NCBI GenBank assembly: GCA_016184145.1
Contig: JACPDF010000022.1
Span: 1,542-65,541 of the forward strand
From: Candidatus Woesearchaeota archaeon
GTDB taxonomy: Archaea; Nanobdellota; Nanobdellia; Woesearchaeales; GW2011-AR4
Length of the DNA stretch: 64,000 bases
Direction: 5' to 3'
Shown: piece after piece, positions 1 to 9,438 of the stretch
Layout: each line of letters starts with the position of its first letter
Position numbering within the stretch: position 1 is the stretch's first letter
Program-made: the position numbers and the translations under genes
The notes under the pieces: model-generated
Databases searched by the model: none
Told to the model about the DNA's origin: nothing
The model's input: the letters and a program-made list of their open reading frames with translations, nothing else

Positions 1-2
1 AA

Positions 3-1262
3 AGGCGGCAGATTGAGGATGATTGGAAGCGCGGGAGAGAGGCTGCAGGAGAGGCACCTTCAGGCAAAGATAAAGAGCAAAAGAGAAAAGAGCTTGATAG
101 CGAGATAAAGAATAACGAGAAGGCTATTGAAGAGCTAAATCCGAAAATTGCAGCCAAGGATAAAGCAATAGAGAGCCTTGAAAGCAGCATAGAAAAGACA
201 GAAGAAGAAAAGGAAAAGCTGCAGGATAAGGCTGCTGAGAAGAAAAAGGGGCTTGAAGGAATAAGCTATGTAGCATCACTCTTTAAGTTTAGAGAAAAAA
301 AGCCAGTCAGGGAGATTAAGGAAAAAGAGCCCGTATTAAAGAAGGAACAAATAGAGAAAGAAAAAAAGCCGGCAAAAAAACCTGAGATTAAAGAGGTTTT
401 AGAGCCGAAAAAAGAAACGGAAACAGGACCAAAGGAAAAAGCCGGATTATTCTCGGGGATTTTCAGAAAGAAACAAGAAGCAAAGAGAATAGATGAAAAG
501 CCGAAAAAAGAGCCTGAAAAGCGAAAAGAAAAAGAGAGGCTAATAGAAGAGAAAAAGCCGGAAGAAGAGATTAAGAAAAAGAAAGATGTATTGTTCCCAG
601 GCCTGTTTGAAAAAGGGGAGAAAAAACCAGCAAAAACCGAGGATAGAATAAAAGAGGAAAATGAACTTAAACAATTAGAGAGGGAAGTAAAGGATCTTGT
701 ATTAAGAGTTGAGGACAAAGGAAAAAAATGGCTGGGAATACTTGAAGAAGACTTGGAAAGATGGGAGGGGAAAAAGAAGAGCTTGGAAGGGGAAAAAGAC
801 AAAGCTGCCGGCCGGGAAGTAGAGGAAGAAAAACCGGAAGAGCAAAAACCAGAAGAGCACGACCTTGAAAAAAGCATACACGAGCTTGGGGGAAGATTAG
901 GACAGAAGAAAGAGGAAAAGCCCGGCTTGATAAGGAGAATAATAAAAAGGAGCGGAGAAAAGAAAGAGAAGACAGAAAAGACTGAAGAAATCAAAAAAGC
1001 CGGAGAAGAAGTATTGGAAGCAAAGGAAGAAGAAGAGCCCCTTGAAACAGAGAAAAAGGGGGAAAAAGAGGGAAAGAGCAGGAAGTTTACAAAATGCCAT
1101 AAGATGCTTGTGAAAGCTGATGAGGCTTTTGGGAAAAATGACAGGGCAAAGGCAAAGAAGCTTTATTTGAAAGTAAGGGATTTGTACACAAAACTGGAGT
1201 ATATCGAGAAAAAAGAGATATATGACGAGCTTTTGCAGCTTTACAATAAATTAAGCAAATAG
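3..1262 (+). CDS. Lys/Glu-rich coiled-coil protein, 5'-partial (runs off the window start); its C-terminal ~55 aa is conserved with the 22650..23690 protein
   Basis: Frame 3 is open from nt 3 with no stop up to the annotated 591..1262 ORF. The product is extremely K/E-rich with EKK repeats. The C-terminal tail (KCHKMLVKADEAF...LYLKVRDLYTKLEY) aligns to the tail of the 22650..23690 protein. The antisense 266..994 ORF is low complexity and rejected. Confidence 0.6.
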   Translation, partial: RRQIEDDWKRGREAAGEAPSGKDKEQKRKELDSEIKNNEKAIEELNPKIAAKDKAIESLESSIEKTEEEKEKLQDKAAEKKKGLEGISYVASLFKFREKKPVREIKEKEPVLKKEQIEKEKKPAKKPEIKEVLEPKKETETGPKEKAGLFSGIFRKKQEAKRIDEKPKKEPEKRKEKERLIEEKKPEEEIKKKKDVLFPGLFEKGEKKPAKTEDRIKEENELKQLEREVKDLVLRVEDKGKKWLGILEEDLERWEGKKKSLEGEKDKAAGREVEEEKPEEQKPEEHDLEKSIHELGGRLGQKKEEKPGLIRRIIKRSGEKKEKTEKTEEIKKAGEEVLEAKEEEEPLETEKKGEKEGKSRKFTKCHKMLVKADEAFGKNDRAKAKKLYLKVRDLYTKLEYIEKKEIYDELLQLYNKLSK

Positions 1263-1536
1263 AAAAAACGGCCAATAGCAAAAGACAATAATTTGCCAAA
1301 ACAGTAAACAGGTTCTGATAAAAATAGGCAATAATAAGAAAAAAAACAGATAATAAAATTAAAAATTGTCAATGTTAAAAAACAATAATAAAGTTTTCAG
1401 CAAAAAATAGGCGGTAATAAAAGCCTAAAAGAGTTATTTAGGATTATAAATGGATATCAATAAGAATAATCAGCTTCTATAATGCACCGCTAATAAACAA
1501 TTTATTTTTATACTAATTAATAATCCAGGATAGAGT

Positions 1537-2661
1537 ATGCAGAAAACTGACAGCATCAAGGAGAGAAAGGATACGGCAAACGAGAAAATCAAGGAATTAG
1601 AGGAATTAATATCAAAGTCAAAATACAACAAAAGGACTCAGCATGCTATTGGCCTGTATAAGGCGCAGCTTGCAAAATTGAAGGAAAAGCAGGCTTCCAG
1701 GGGCAAAGGTAAAAAGGGGGAAGGGTATGCTGTAAGGAAAACTGGGGATGGGACTGTTGTACTGCTTGGATTTCCTTCTGTTGGTAAAAGCACGCTGCTC
1801 AATGCCATCACAAATTCCGAGTCAAAGGTTGGGGCCTATGCCTTTACAACACTTACTGTAATTCCGGGAACTCTTGAGTATAAGCACGCAAAGATACAGG
1901 TTTTAGATGTTCCAGGAGTTGTGCATGGCGCTGCTGCCGGAACGGGAAGGGGGAAAGAGGTCCTGGCTGTGATAAGGAATGCCGATATGGTCTTGATAAT
2001 GGTTGATGTTTTCCATCCGGAGCATCACAGGGTATTGCTAAAGGAGGTGTATGATACTGGGGTGAGGATAAACCAGAAAAAGCCGGATGTAAAGATTGAA
2101 AAGACAAGCAGAGGGGGAATAAGCATAGGCTCGACTGTAAAGCTTACAAAACTGGACAAAAAGACTATTGAGAGCGTGTTGAGGGAATTTGATGCGAATA
2201 ATGCAAACATAGTCATCAGGGAAGATATAGATGTTGACCAGTTAATTGACGTGGTTGAGGCAAATAAGGTGTACATGCCATCTATAATTGTTTTGAACAA
2301 GATTGACATGGCAAATAAGGAAGAGCTTGAAAGGGCCAGGGGAAAAATAAATCCTGATTTGTGCATTTCCGCTGAAAAAAATATCAATATTCAGGAATTG
2401 AAAGAGCTGATATTCCAAAGGCTGAGATTGATAAGGATCTACCTTAAAGAGTACAATAAAAAGGCTGACATGGAAGAGCCGCTGATAATAAAGGAAGGGG
2501 CTACATTAAGGGATTTGTGCTCGAAACTGCACAAGGACTTTGTCAGCAAGTTCAAGTTTGCCAAGGTATGGGGAAAGTCGGCAAAATACCCGGGACAGAG
2601 GATTACAAAGATTGATCATAGAATGGAAGATGAGGATGTAATAGAGCTGAGGATAAAATAG
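1537..2661 (+). CDS. Developmentally regulated GTP-binding protein (Drg/Rbg1-type Obg-family GTPase with C-terminal TGS domain)
   Basis: G1 motif GFPSVGKSTLL, G2/G3 region FTTLTVIPG...DVPG, NKID motif and a TGS-like C-terminus are present. Length 374 aa and the N-terminal coiled segment are typical of archaeal Drg. Confidence 0.85.
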   Translation: MQKTDSIKERKDTANEKIKELEELISKSKYNKRTQHAIGLYKAQLAKLKEKQASRGKGKKGEGYAVRKTGDGTVVLLGFPSVGKSTLLNAITNSESKVGAYAFTTLTVIPGTLEYKHAKIQVLDVPGVVHGAAAGTGRGKEVLAVIRNADMVLIMVDVFHPEHHRVLLKEVYDTGVRINQKKPDVKIEKTSRGGISIGSTVKLTKLDKKTIESVLREFDANNANIVIREDIDVDQLIDVVEANKVYMPSIIVLNKIDMANKEELERARGKINPDLCISAEKNINIQELKELIFQRLRLIRIYLKEYNKKADMEEPLIIKEGATLRDLCSKLHKDFVSKFKFAKVWGKSAKYPGQRITKIDHRMEDEDVIELRIK

Positions 2662-2695
2662 GCCCCTAAAAACATTTTTAAATCTGCCAGTTTTC

Positions 2696-3619
2696 TTGGA
2701 GACGATGGAATTATTCATAAATAACGGGAATTTAATAGGGAAAGATGAATGGAAAAAAAAGATTGATGCAATTGAGACTGACTTTAATAGTCTGGAAACC
2801 AACAAGGAAAGGGCAAAAAGGAAGCTAATGGACGCTATCCAGGATGCCTTGCTGAGCAGAACAAAAAATTTAGGCAGGTTTGGTGTATTGTTTTCCGGCG
2901 GGGTTGACAGCACTTTATTGGCTTTTTTGTGCAAAAAAAACAATTTGAATTTTACATGCTATACCATCGGCCTTGAGAATTCCCAGGATATTGAATATGC
3001 AAAGGCAATAGCGGAAAAATATGAGCTTGATTTGAAGCATAAAATATTGTCATTGGAAGAATTTGAAAACGTGATTAAAGATACAATAAAAATCCTGGGA
3101 AGCTATGAGATAGTATGGGTTTCTGTCGGCTCTGTTCTTTATGCAACGGCAAGATTAGCATTACAGGACAATATAAAAATACTGTTTGGCGGCCTGGGGA
3201 CGGAAGAAATATTTGCAGGCTACCAGAGGCATGAAGAAGCATTGAAAGACAATGACTTTGAGGCTCTGCACAAGGAGTGCTGGTCAGGCTTAAAGAATAT
3301 GTGGCAACGCGATCTGCTAAGGGATTTTAAGATAGCAAAGAATCTTGGCGTGGAATTAAGGACTCCTTACATGGATGAGGGTTTGATAAAAACAGCAATG
3401 AGCGTGCATCCAATGTATAAGCTTGATAAAGGGCAGAAAAAAATAATCCTGAGAGAAGTTGCGGAGGATTTTGGCCTGGACAAGGAATTTGCCAGCAGGA
3501 AGAAAAAGGCTGCGCAATATGGGAGCAATTTCATCAAAGGCATAGACAAGCTGGCAAAAAAGAACGGCTTTTCAGCAAAAAAAGAGTATCTCCAGAGTTT
3601 GGCCAATAGGTTTAAATAA
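2696..3619 (+). CDS. PP-loop ATP pyrophosphatase, asparagine synthetase-like domain protein
   Basis: SGGVDS PP-loop motif (GVLFSGGVDSTLLAFL). The approximately 300-aa stand-alone adenylation domain is typical of archaeal AsnB-like/PP-loop proteins. Confidence 0.6.
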   Translation: METMELFINNGNLIGKDEWKKKIDAIETDFNSLETNKERAKRKLMDAIQDALLSRTKNLGRFGVLFSGGVDSTLLAFLCKKNNLNFTCYTIGLENSQDIEYAKAIAEKYELDLKHKILSLEEFENVIKDTIKILGSYEIVWVSVGSVLYATARLALQDNIKILFGGLGTEEIFAGYQRHEEALKDNDFEALHKECWSGLKNMWQRDLLRDFKIAKNLGVELRTPYMDEGLIKTAMSVHPMYKLDKGQKKIILREVAEDFGLDKEFASRKKKAAQYGSNFIKGIDKLAKKNGFSAKKEYLQSLANRFK

Positions 3620-3640
3620 GACAAAGAAAAAATTGCTGCA

Positions 3641-3880
3641 ATGGCGAAAGACAAGAGTGTGGAAGAGCAGATTGGCTTCCATAAGGGAGCTTTGACAACC
3701 CTGGCTAAAGAAAGGGAAGAGATGCTGAGGATACTGCAGATTGTTGAGCAATTAATGCAAATGCATATCAAAGGGCTTAAGGATTTAGGGGTTGATCTTC
3801 AGCAGCAGGCTAAAGAGACAAAAAGCCCCAATGGCAAAAAAAACACCAGGAAAAAGCCAATAGAGGATATTTTGAAATAA
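3641..3880 (+). CDS. Small hypothetical protein (79 aa), alpha-helical
   Basis: The ORF sits immediately downstream of the PP-loop gene on the same strand. No motif recognised. Confidence 0.35.
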   Translation: MAKDKSVEEQIGFHKGALTTLAKEREEMLRILQIVEQLMQMHIKGLKDLGVDLQQQAKETKSPNGKKNTRKKPIEDILK

Positions 3881-3993
3881 GGCAACAATTAGGTTTTCAA
3901 TAAATAAGCGATAATTCCTTAGCCAATAATACTAACATAATAAAATACAACAATTAATAAATAAAAATAATAATTCTTATTGCAAATATTAGA

Positions 3994-4413
3994 ATGGAAT
4001 ACTCTTTCAATTGTTATGGGCATAAGAATATAACGGCTAAACACAAAACTACTTTGGAGTTTACTAAAGATAAAGATATGAGTTTAAAAGGGGATTGCAT
4101 TATTGGGGCTGGGGCTGATTTTAAGTTAAGCGAAATCAAGCAATTTATTAAAAGCTCAAACAATAAAAATATAGCAATAACTATGCAAACAATGTCAAAA
4201 AACAAAAAAATACAGGATAAAATAATAGCTGAGATTAACCCGGGTTTTAGCAGCAATAAAGAGATGGTAATCAGAAAAACAGATTTTATTTCTGAAAGGA
4301 CTTTTGCAATAAAAGCAAGTAAGGTAGCTTTTGAATTGGACAGGGACTTGATTGGGTTTTTAAAAGAAGAAAAGAGCAAAATTAAGGTTATTATTAAGGG
4401 CTATTCAAGCTGA
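3994..4413 (+). CDS. Hypothetical protein, DUF371-like (archaeal)
   Basis: N-terminal pattern CYGHKNITAKHKTTLEFTKD...GDCIIG resembles the archaeal DUF371 family from memory; no search was run. Low GC with AAA-rich codons, similar to the downstream island. Confidence 0.4.
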   Translation: MEYSFNCYGHKNITAKHKTTLEFTKDKDMSLKGDCIIGAGADFKLSEIKQFIKSSNNKNIAITMQTMSKNKKIQDKIIAEINPGFSSNKEMVIRKTDFISERTFAIKASKVAFELDRDLIGFLKEEKSKIKVIIKGYSS

Positions 4414-4583
4414 TGTTTAATTCTCAAAGCTAAAATGTTTTTTATATATTTTATATAAACCGTTAAGTAGCGAAAACAGATAGTTTTTTAAATTAATAAA
4501 GCTTAACTATAGCCAAACAAAGGGGTGTTCTTTAAAAGTTTGAGTTAAAGCAGATAGATGGAAGACTGGGGGGTATCTAAATA

Positions 4584-6092
4584 ATGAATATGATGGAAAC
4601 TTGGATGGAAAAAATAGGTGGACTGGGAATTTTTACATCTCCACGAAACTTTAAAATTTCAACTATAGACGATAGGGTATTAGCCACATTTGATAATGGT
4701 TTCGAGTTGGGGAGTATTTTTGATACTAAAGGATATAAAGAAAGCATTGATATGTTTGGGCCATGGCTATCAGAGCCGCAACTTGAGATTTCTAGAAAGT
4801 TTGAGGAATATACCCAGGAACTTTTTAAAAAATTGGGGCCAAGGAGATATAGCGGATTGCCCTCTTATTCTCATGTGCTGGATAATGCCAGCATTGGCTT
4901 TGAGAACTCAAAAGCTGCACAAATCCCATTAGACTTTATCATAATGCTGGATAAAATTGGGCATGATAATATTGAAATCCATGAAAATATAATGGATTTA
5001 TTAAACCAATATGAAACTGAGTTAATCCAGGGGAGATTAGATAAAGCAGCAGAAATAGGTAGAAAATTAAGAGCCGAAAGAATATCATTAAAAGGTAATA
5101 TTGATGGCAGGCTATTAAGATATTTGATGGAGACCAGAACGAAAGGGAGTGAAAAAGAGGCTTTAAGAAGAGATATTGTATCCGCAACAAAGATTATTTA
5201 TGATTTAACAAGGTTCTCAGACGCTTGGCCCTACCCGTTGTCTATGGGTATACAGTTCGGAAGGAAAAGAAACGAGGATTTGGGCCTTACATTCAGGAGG
5301 ACTCCTGTAAAATTTGATGACAGGACATGTAATGTTATGGAATACAAGCGCCAACCTTTATTGGCAAGGCAGATAGAAAGGGCGTATAATGGGGGGGATG
5401 CTGGCAGAAAACTAAGGGAAATATACGGAGATGTTAACGCAAGGGCTGTTGAAATGCCAGCTGCTATTAAAGTGCAAACTGCATTTAAGAGCCTTTTCCC
5501 GCTACATTATATGAATGAAACAATGAATGAATATGGCGCCGATATTAATAATGGTAAATATGGGGACAGGACCAAGCAATTATTTTGGCTGGCTATGCAG
5601 AGCAAAAAAAGGGTGGTTGAGAAAACTTTAGGGCTGTTGGAGTCAGCAGTCAAATTTTATGAAGGCGGCAATATTCCAGAAGGGGTAAAGGAAGCAATTG
5701 ACAGGGACATAAAGCACAAGAGAAAAACAAGTTATTTTGATAAAGTTACTGATGATGGTTTTGTAGAGCCTTGGATTGTATATGATGTAGCCGGAAGGGG
5801 TTATATAGAAGCGTTAGACAGGTCCCAGGATAGAAGGGTTGTGCCATACAGGGCTGCCAGAGAGCTCCAAGTTTTAATTCCGATGTCTAATCATATCTTT
5901 GACAAAGACAGCAGAATGCATATTTCTTCCGGAGATTATGATCCAAAAAAACATGATTTCTACACTTTAAAGCTCGTCCCCCAAACTTTGGCTTCTGTGA
6001 AACACGATTACTTGGATTTAGTTTCAAGGCTAAAATTCCAAACTGAAACGGAAAAAATAAGCGGTAGCAGATTGCCACTATTACTTCTTTAA
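4584..6092 (+). CDS. Large hypothetical protein (502 aa), no recognisable motifs; first gene of the atypical-composition island
   Basis: Long ORF with a GGGGGT Shine-Dalgarno-like sequence upstream of the ATG and a TATA-like tttatata in its upstream region. Arg codons are dominated by AGA/CGN, unlike the AGG-rich core genes. No Walker A motif or nuclease motif found. Confidence 0.6.
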   Translation: MNMMETWMEKIGGLGIFTSPRNFKISTIDDRVLATFDNGFELGSIFDTKGYKESIDMFGPWLSEPQLEISRKFEEYTQELFKKLGPRRYSGLPSYSHVLDNASIGFENSKAAQIPLDFIIMLDKIGHDNIEIHENIMDLLNQYETELIQGRLDKAAEIGRKLRAERISLKGNIDGRLLRYLMETRTKGSEKEALRRDIVSATKIIYDLTRFSDAWPYPLSMGIQFGRKRNEDLGLTFRRTPVKFDDRTCNVMEYKRQPLLARQIERAYNGGDAGRKLREIYGDVNARAVEMPAAIKVQTAFKSLFPLHYMNETMNEYGADINNGKYGDRTKQLFWLAMQSKKRVVEKTLGLLESAVKFYEGGNIPEGVKEAIDRDIKHKRKTSYFDKVTDDGFVEPWIVYDVAGRGYIEALDRSQDRRVVPYRAARELQVLIPMSNHIFDKDSRMHISSGDYDPKKHDFYTLKLVPQTLASVKHDYLDLVSRLKFQTETEKISGSRLPLLLL

Positions 6093-6304
6093 TTTTTAAG
6101 TTATAAACTGAAACCAAAAAAGTTTAGGGATAAAAATATAAATAAATGCATAAATAAGCTTTCTGGTTAATTGATTTTATATGCCTATCAGTTCACGAAA
6201 ACACTACTTTTTAGTGGTATAAAATAGAAAGATTTAAAAAGCCTATGCTGCACTAAAAGCGTTTAAATTGGCTGGGAAATCGTTAATCACTCAGGGAGTT
6301 AAGA

Positions 6305-7534
6305 ATGGACTACAAAGACATACCTGCAACCGACAATAATTATTACACACTAGTTACATTTCTAAGAAGACAAATAATAGACAATATAAGGGTAAAAGGA
6401 AAAAATGCTGCGCCTCGGATAGTTGAAGAAACCTTAGATTCGCTTATGCCTGGTGATATTTTAAGGGGGTTTGAATCTTGGAATGACCAAAAATCCAAGC
6501 TTGAGCAATTATTCATACCTTATTTTTTAGACAATATAGTATATGTTAACATGGAGCCAGAAAGAGGCGGAAATAGATACCAATACGCGCTTGCTACAGA
6601 AGGGAGATGCCTGCAAAGGCATAAGGGTTCCACCAACAAGTTTGGGTTTATACGGGGAAAGCCGCTTGCTAATAGCGAGTTGTATACTTATGACGAGCTG
6701 GTAAAAAATTGGAAAGAAATCTTTGTGCTTGATGATCAAATAAGCGATGATCCAAATTTAAGAGATAAATACGCCCCAAGATGCAGCCATGGAAATGTAG
6801 AAACGCCTGCTTTAGTTCTAACCACCCAGCATCAGCTAAGGATCGTAGATAATAACGGGGCTTATGTGCCTGGCACAAATATATGCTATTCCAGAACTAA
6901 GTCGGGTGTGGGGCATTTATTCAAAATGGCCGAGTATCTTACTAACTTAAGGGCAGATGGAAGTGGGAGGGAAAGCATAGATGATTATCTTGCCGCTTTG
7001 TCAAGAGAGCCTGATCCGAAAAAGATATGGGTAAAGGCAATGAAATGCATTATGAAGGCTGCTGAATCGACTCGTTCAAAGCTGAATGATGTTGTTAGGC
7101 TTAGAGGGTATACGCCTAAGGAAGCTGAGGATTTAAAAAGGGCTTTAGAAAGCGACCCCGAAGTCGGAAAATTTGTCAATGGAAGGACAGATTTAGTGTT
7201 TACTACAGAAGCCCTTTCAGAAGATATGGAAACTAGAAGAATTGGGGAGTTGTGGTTTGCAATTGGCGAAAATGGTGGAAACAAAGTAGTATGGCAGGTT
7301 TACCATGAGCAAGATTATACCAGAATTGAGGGGGACACACAAACAAAGCATCTTGAGTATAAAGCAAAAAGGGAATCTAAAATTTTGAATGGATTTACAC
7401 TTTGGCATTGGGCTATCATGAAAAGGCTAGCCCCATATTTTGTTGATGAATGCCTACGTAGCAGTTTTAGGGAAGTTTATGGACACTATTTAAGCATAGA
7501 CCCAAAGGCTTTTAAGGGGCATGATAAAAAATAA
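6305..7534 (+). CDS. Large hypothetical protein (409 aa), no recognisable motifs
   Basis: Long ORF with its own AT-rich upstream region containing TATA-like motifs. Atypical codon usage (CGG/CGT/CGC/CGA all present). One R-x4-H (RCLQRH) is seen but it is not diagnostic. Confidence 0.6.
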   Translation: MDYKDIPATDNNYYTLVTFLRRQIIDNIRVKGKNAAPRIVEETLDSLMPGDILRGFESWNDQKSKLEQLFIPYFLDNIVYVNMEPERGGNRYQYALATEGRCLQRHKGSTNKFGFIRGKPLANSELYTYDELVKNWKEIFVLDDQISDDPNLRDKYAPRCSHGNVETPALVLTTQHQLRIVDNNGAYVPGTNICYSRTKSGVGHLFKMAEYLTNLRADGSGRESIDDYLAALSREPDPKKIWVKAMKCIMKAAESTRSKLNDVVRLRGYTPKEAEDLKRALESDPEVGKFVNGRTDLVFTTEALSEDMETRRIGELWFAIGENGGNKVVWQVYHEQDYTRIEGDTQTKHLEYKAKRESKILNGFTLWHWAIMKRLAPYFVDECLRSSFREVYGHYLSIDPKAFKGHDKK

Positions 7535-7640
7535 GTAAGATTAATTTTTAAAATAAGGTATGATTGGCAGTGGTTTTTGCGGCTAAGAGTCCTTGATTTT
7601 GCCGGAAAAGTGATGGATAGAATTTTTCGCCCGTACTTGA

Positions 7641-8285
7641 TTGTTAAAGATCTGGATGAATCCAGAAAAAAATAAAATGAAGATAATAAGCGCTCAATAT
7701 CCTGTGTTAGAACCTGTTGAAAGAGAATTAAAAGGCAATGAGCCGGGAATTTTAGTTTTGCCGGAAGGAAGCTGGGATGTTGTCAATGGGTTAAAATTCG
7801 AGGATTTCTTAGCAGCAACCTTAGATTATCGTGTAAGCGTAGTTGGCACCAGAAAAGAAAGAGAAGAATTTGATGTGGCATATTTTCTGAGAGGAGGAAA
7901 GGCAGAACCTGCAGCAATTTATCCGCATGATGGTGCAGAGCAGAATGCAACCATAAGGGATTTATGTTTAAGATTTAATAGAGTACATGATATTTCCCCA
8001 ACGCGAGACTCTGTTTTGTCTATTATTAAACAATGTAGCGAGATATATAGCCCTTTGGCAAGCGAAGATAAAGTTGACTTAATGTGCGTTCCATCCTCAA
8101 TTGATCATACAATATACAGCAGCGGTAGAGCTTTGCTGCTTGATGTTAATAGAAGAAATATTGGCGAAAATTCCTTACTGGTGCAAGCAGTATTACATCA
8201 AAGTGAAGGAACTGGTGTTTTTCAACTGCCGGATTTTAAAAAGCTTGGCAGGAAAGTTGATGGTTATTCTGTATATCAGTTATGA
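7641..8285 (+). CDS. Hypothetical protein (214 aa; true start possibly the ATG at 7677, MKIISAQY)
   Basis: ORF with the same codon bias as the two upstream genes. Weak LVLPEG motif, not assignable. Its 3' end overlaps the convergent 8280..8729 gene by 6 nt. Confidence 0.5.
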   Translation: MLKIWMNPEKNKMKIISAQYPVLEPVERELKGNEPGILVLPEGSWDVVNGLKFEDFLAATLDYRVSVVGTRKEREEFDVAYFLRGGKAEPAAIYPHDGAEQNATIRDLCLRFNRVHDISPTRDSVLSIIKQCSEIYSPLASEDKVDLMCVPSSIDHTIYSSGRALLLDVNRRNIGENSLLVQAVLHQSEGTGVFQLPDFKKLGRKVDGYSVYQL

Positions 8286-8729
8286 CATAATCCTCCTCTC
8301 CTTGCCAACATAATTCAGTATTTTCCCTTCCTTATACCTGCCGGTCCCTAAAAAATCATCATTATTCTTTAATATGACAAATCCCGAATAATTTTCTTTT
8401 GTTTCCAAGTCTTCGCCTTTGAGCCATTTTTTTGCCTGCTCTTCATTTATTTCTATGATGTTTTTTGATGCCTTTGGCCCTACAATCTGGCTTCCTTCTA
8501 TGCTTAGCCTAATGCCAAGCCTGTCAATCTCGCAAAAATACATTCCAATGGAGTTGATCCTTAATTTTGACAAATCAATTTTTGAAATATCCTTGTTTAC
8601 TATGAAAACCCTGTTTTTCTGGTTCTTGAGGAACGCACAATCTAATTTTAATTTTGCTCCCCATTGCTTTTCAATCAGGAAATAAATTTCCTTAATTTCC
8701 CTGCTGTTGAGAATTTTTAGCTGCGGCAT
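8280..8729 (-). CDS. Nip7/UPF0113-like pre-PUA/PUA domain protein (ribosome biogenesis)
   Basis: About 150 aa with the pattern FVILKNNDDFLGTGRYKEGKILNYV near the C-terminus and an N-terminal alpha/beta domain, matching archaeal Nip7 homologs from memory. Confidence 0.5.
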   Translation of the reverse strand: MPQLKILNSREIKEIYFLIEKQWGAKLKLDCAFLKNQKNRVFIVNKDISKIDLSKLRINSIGMYFCEIDRLGIRLSIEGSQIVGPKASKNIIEINEEQAKKWLKGEDLETKENYSGFVILKNNDDFLGTGRYKEGKILNYVGKERRIMS

Positions 8730-8732
8730 TTT

Positions 8733-8996
8733 TTATTTAACGAACCCCATTATTTCTTTTTTCATCCTTGGATTTAATGAAACATGCAATTCTCCAGTTG
8801 ATTTTTTGCATAACAATAAGCCACCGTTAATTAATTCCTTAATTGCCTTGTCAATCAATTTTTGGCCTTCTTTAGAACCTGAAATATTTGCAGGAAAGCC
8901 TTTTTTTATATTCCTAAGTTCCGTATGTTTTCCTCCCCACCTTGGAGGCGTTATAAGGCTTTCCAAGATTATTCTTTTGATTATGCCTATGTCCAT
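8733..8996 (-). CDS. Small hypothetical protein (87 aa)
   Basis: Co-oriented and only 3 nt upstream of the Nip7-like gene, so probably an operon. No motif assigned. Confidence 0.4.
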   Translation of the reverse strand: MDIGIIKRIILESLITPPRWGGKHTELRNIKKGFPANISGSKEGQKLIDKAIKELINGGLLLCKKSTGELHVSLNPRMKKEIMGFVK

Positions 8997-9101
8997 GAAA
9001 TTGTCTTTATATGCATCTTATTATTATACTTTACTATTTTAATGATATAATGTTATATCAAAACAAAAGATTTATATATCAGTCACACTTATCAGAACTA
9101 T

Positions 9102-9431
9102 ATGGAGAAATCAATATTTATAAAAGTGCTTGGTGACACGCCGAAGATAAGGATTTTGAATTACCTGATAAAATACCGCGGCTTGGACTATTCGATGTCG
9201 GATATAGCAAGGAACAGCAACGTTGGATGGGCAACGTTAAGCAGGTTATGGAAGGAGTTTATAAAATTAAAAATAGTTGTTCCAACAAGAGAGATTGGTA
9301 AGGCTAAGTTATTTAAGCTAAATGAGGACAATAGCGCTGTTCAAGAGTTAATAGGAGTATATAAAAATTTATTGCAGCAGGAAACAGAAGATTATTTTTC
9401 AAAAAAAGAAAAGGTAAAAATAATGAGTTGA
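9102..9431 (+). CDS. Winged helix-turn-helix transcriptional regulator
   Basis: N-terminal PKIRILNYLIKYRGLDYSMSDIARNSNVGWATLSRL is a typical archaeal wHTH (ArsR/TrmB-like). Confidence 0.6.
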   Translation: MEKSIFIKVLGDTPKIRILNYLIKYRGLDYSMSDIARNSNVGWATLSRLWKEFIKLKIVVPTREIGKAKLFKLNEDNSAVQELIGVYKNLLQQETEDYFSKKEKVKIMS

Positions 9432-9438
9432 ATAAAAC

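Noticed and set aside
266-994. 242-aa minus-strand ORF rich in Ser/Phe/Leu
   Set aside because: Antisense to the Lys/Glu-rich coding frame. Low complexity that mirrors the GAA/AAG repeats on the other strand. No start context.
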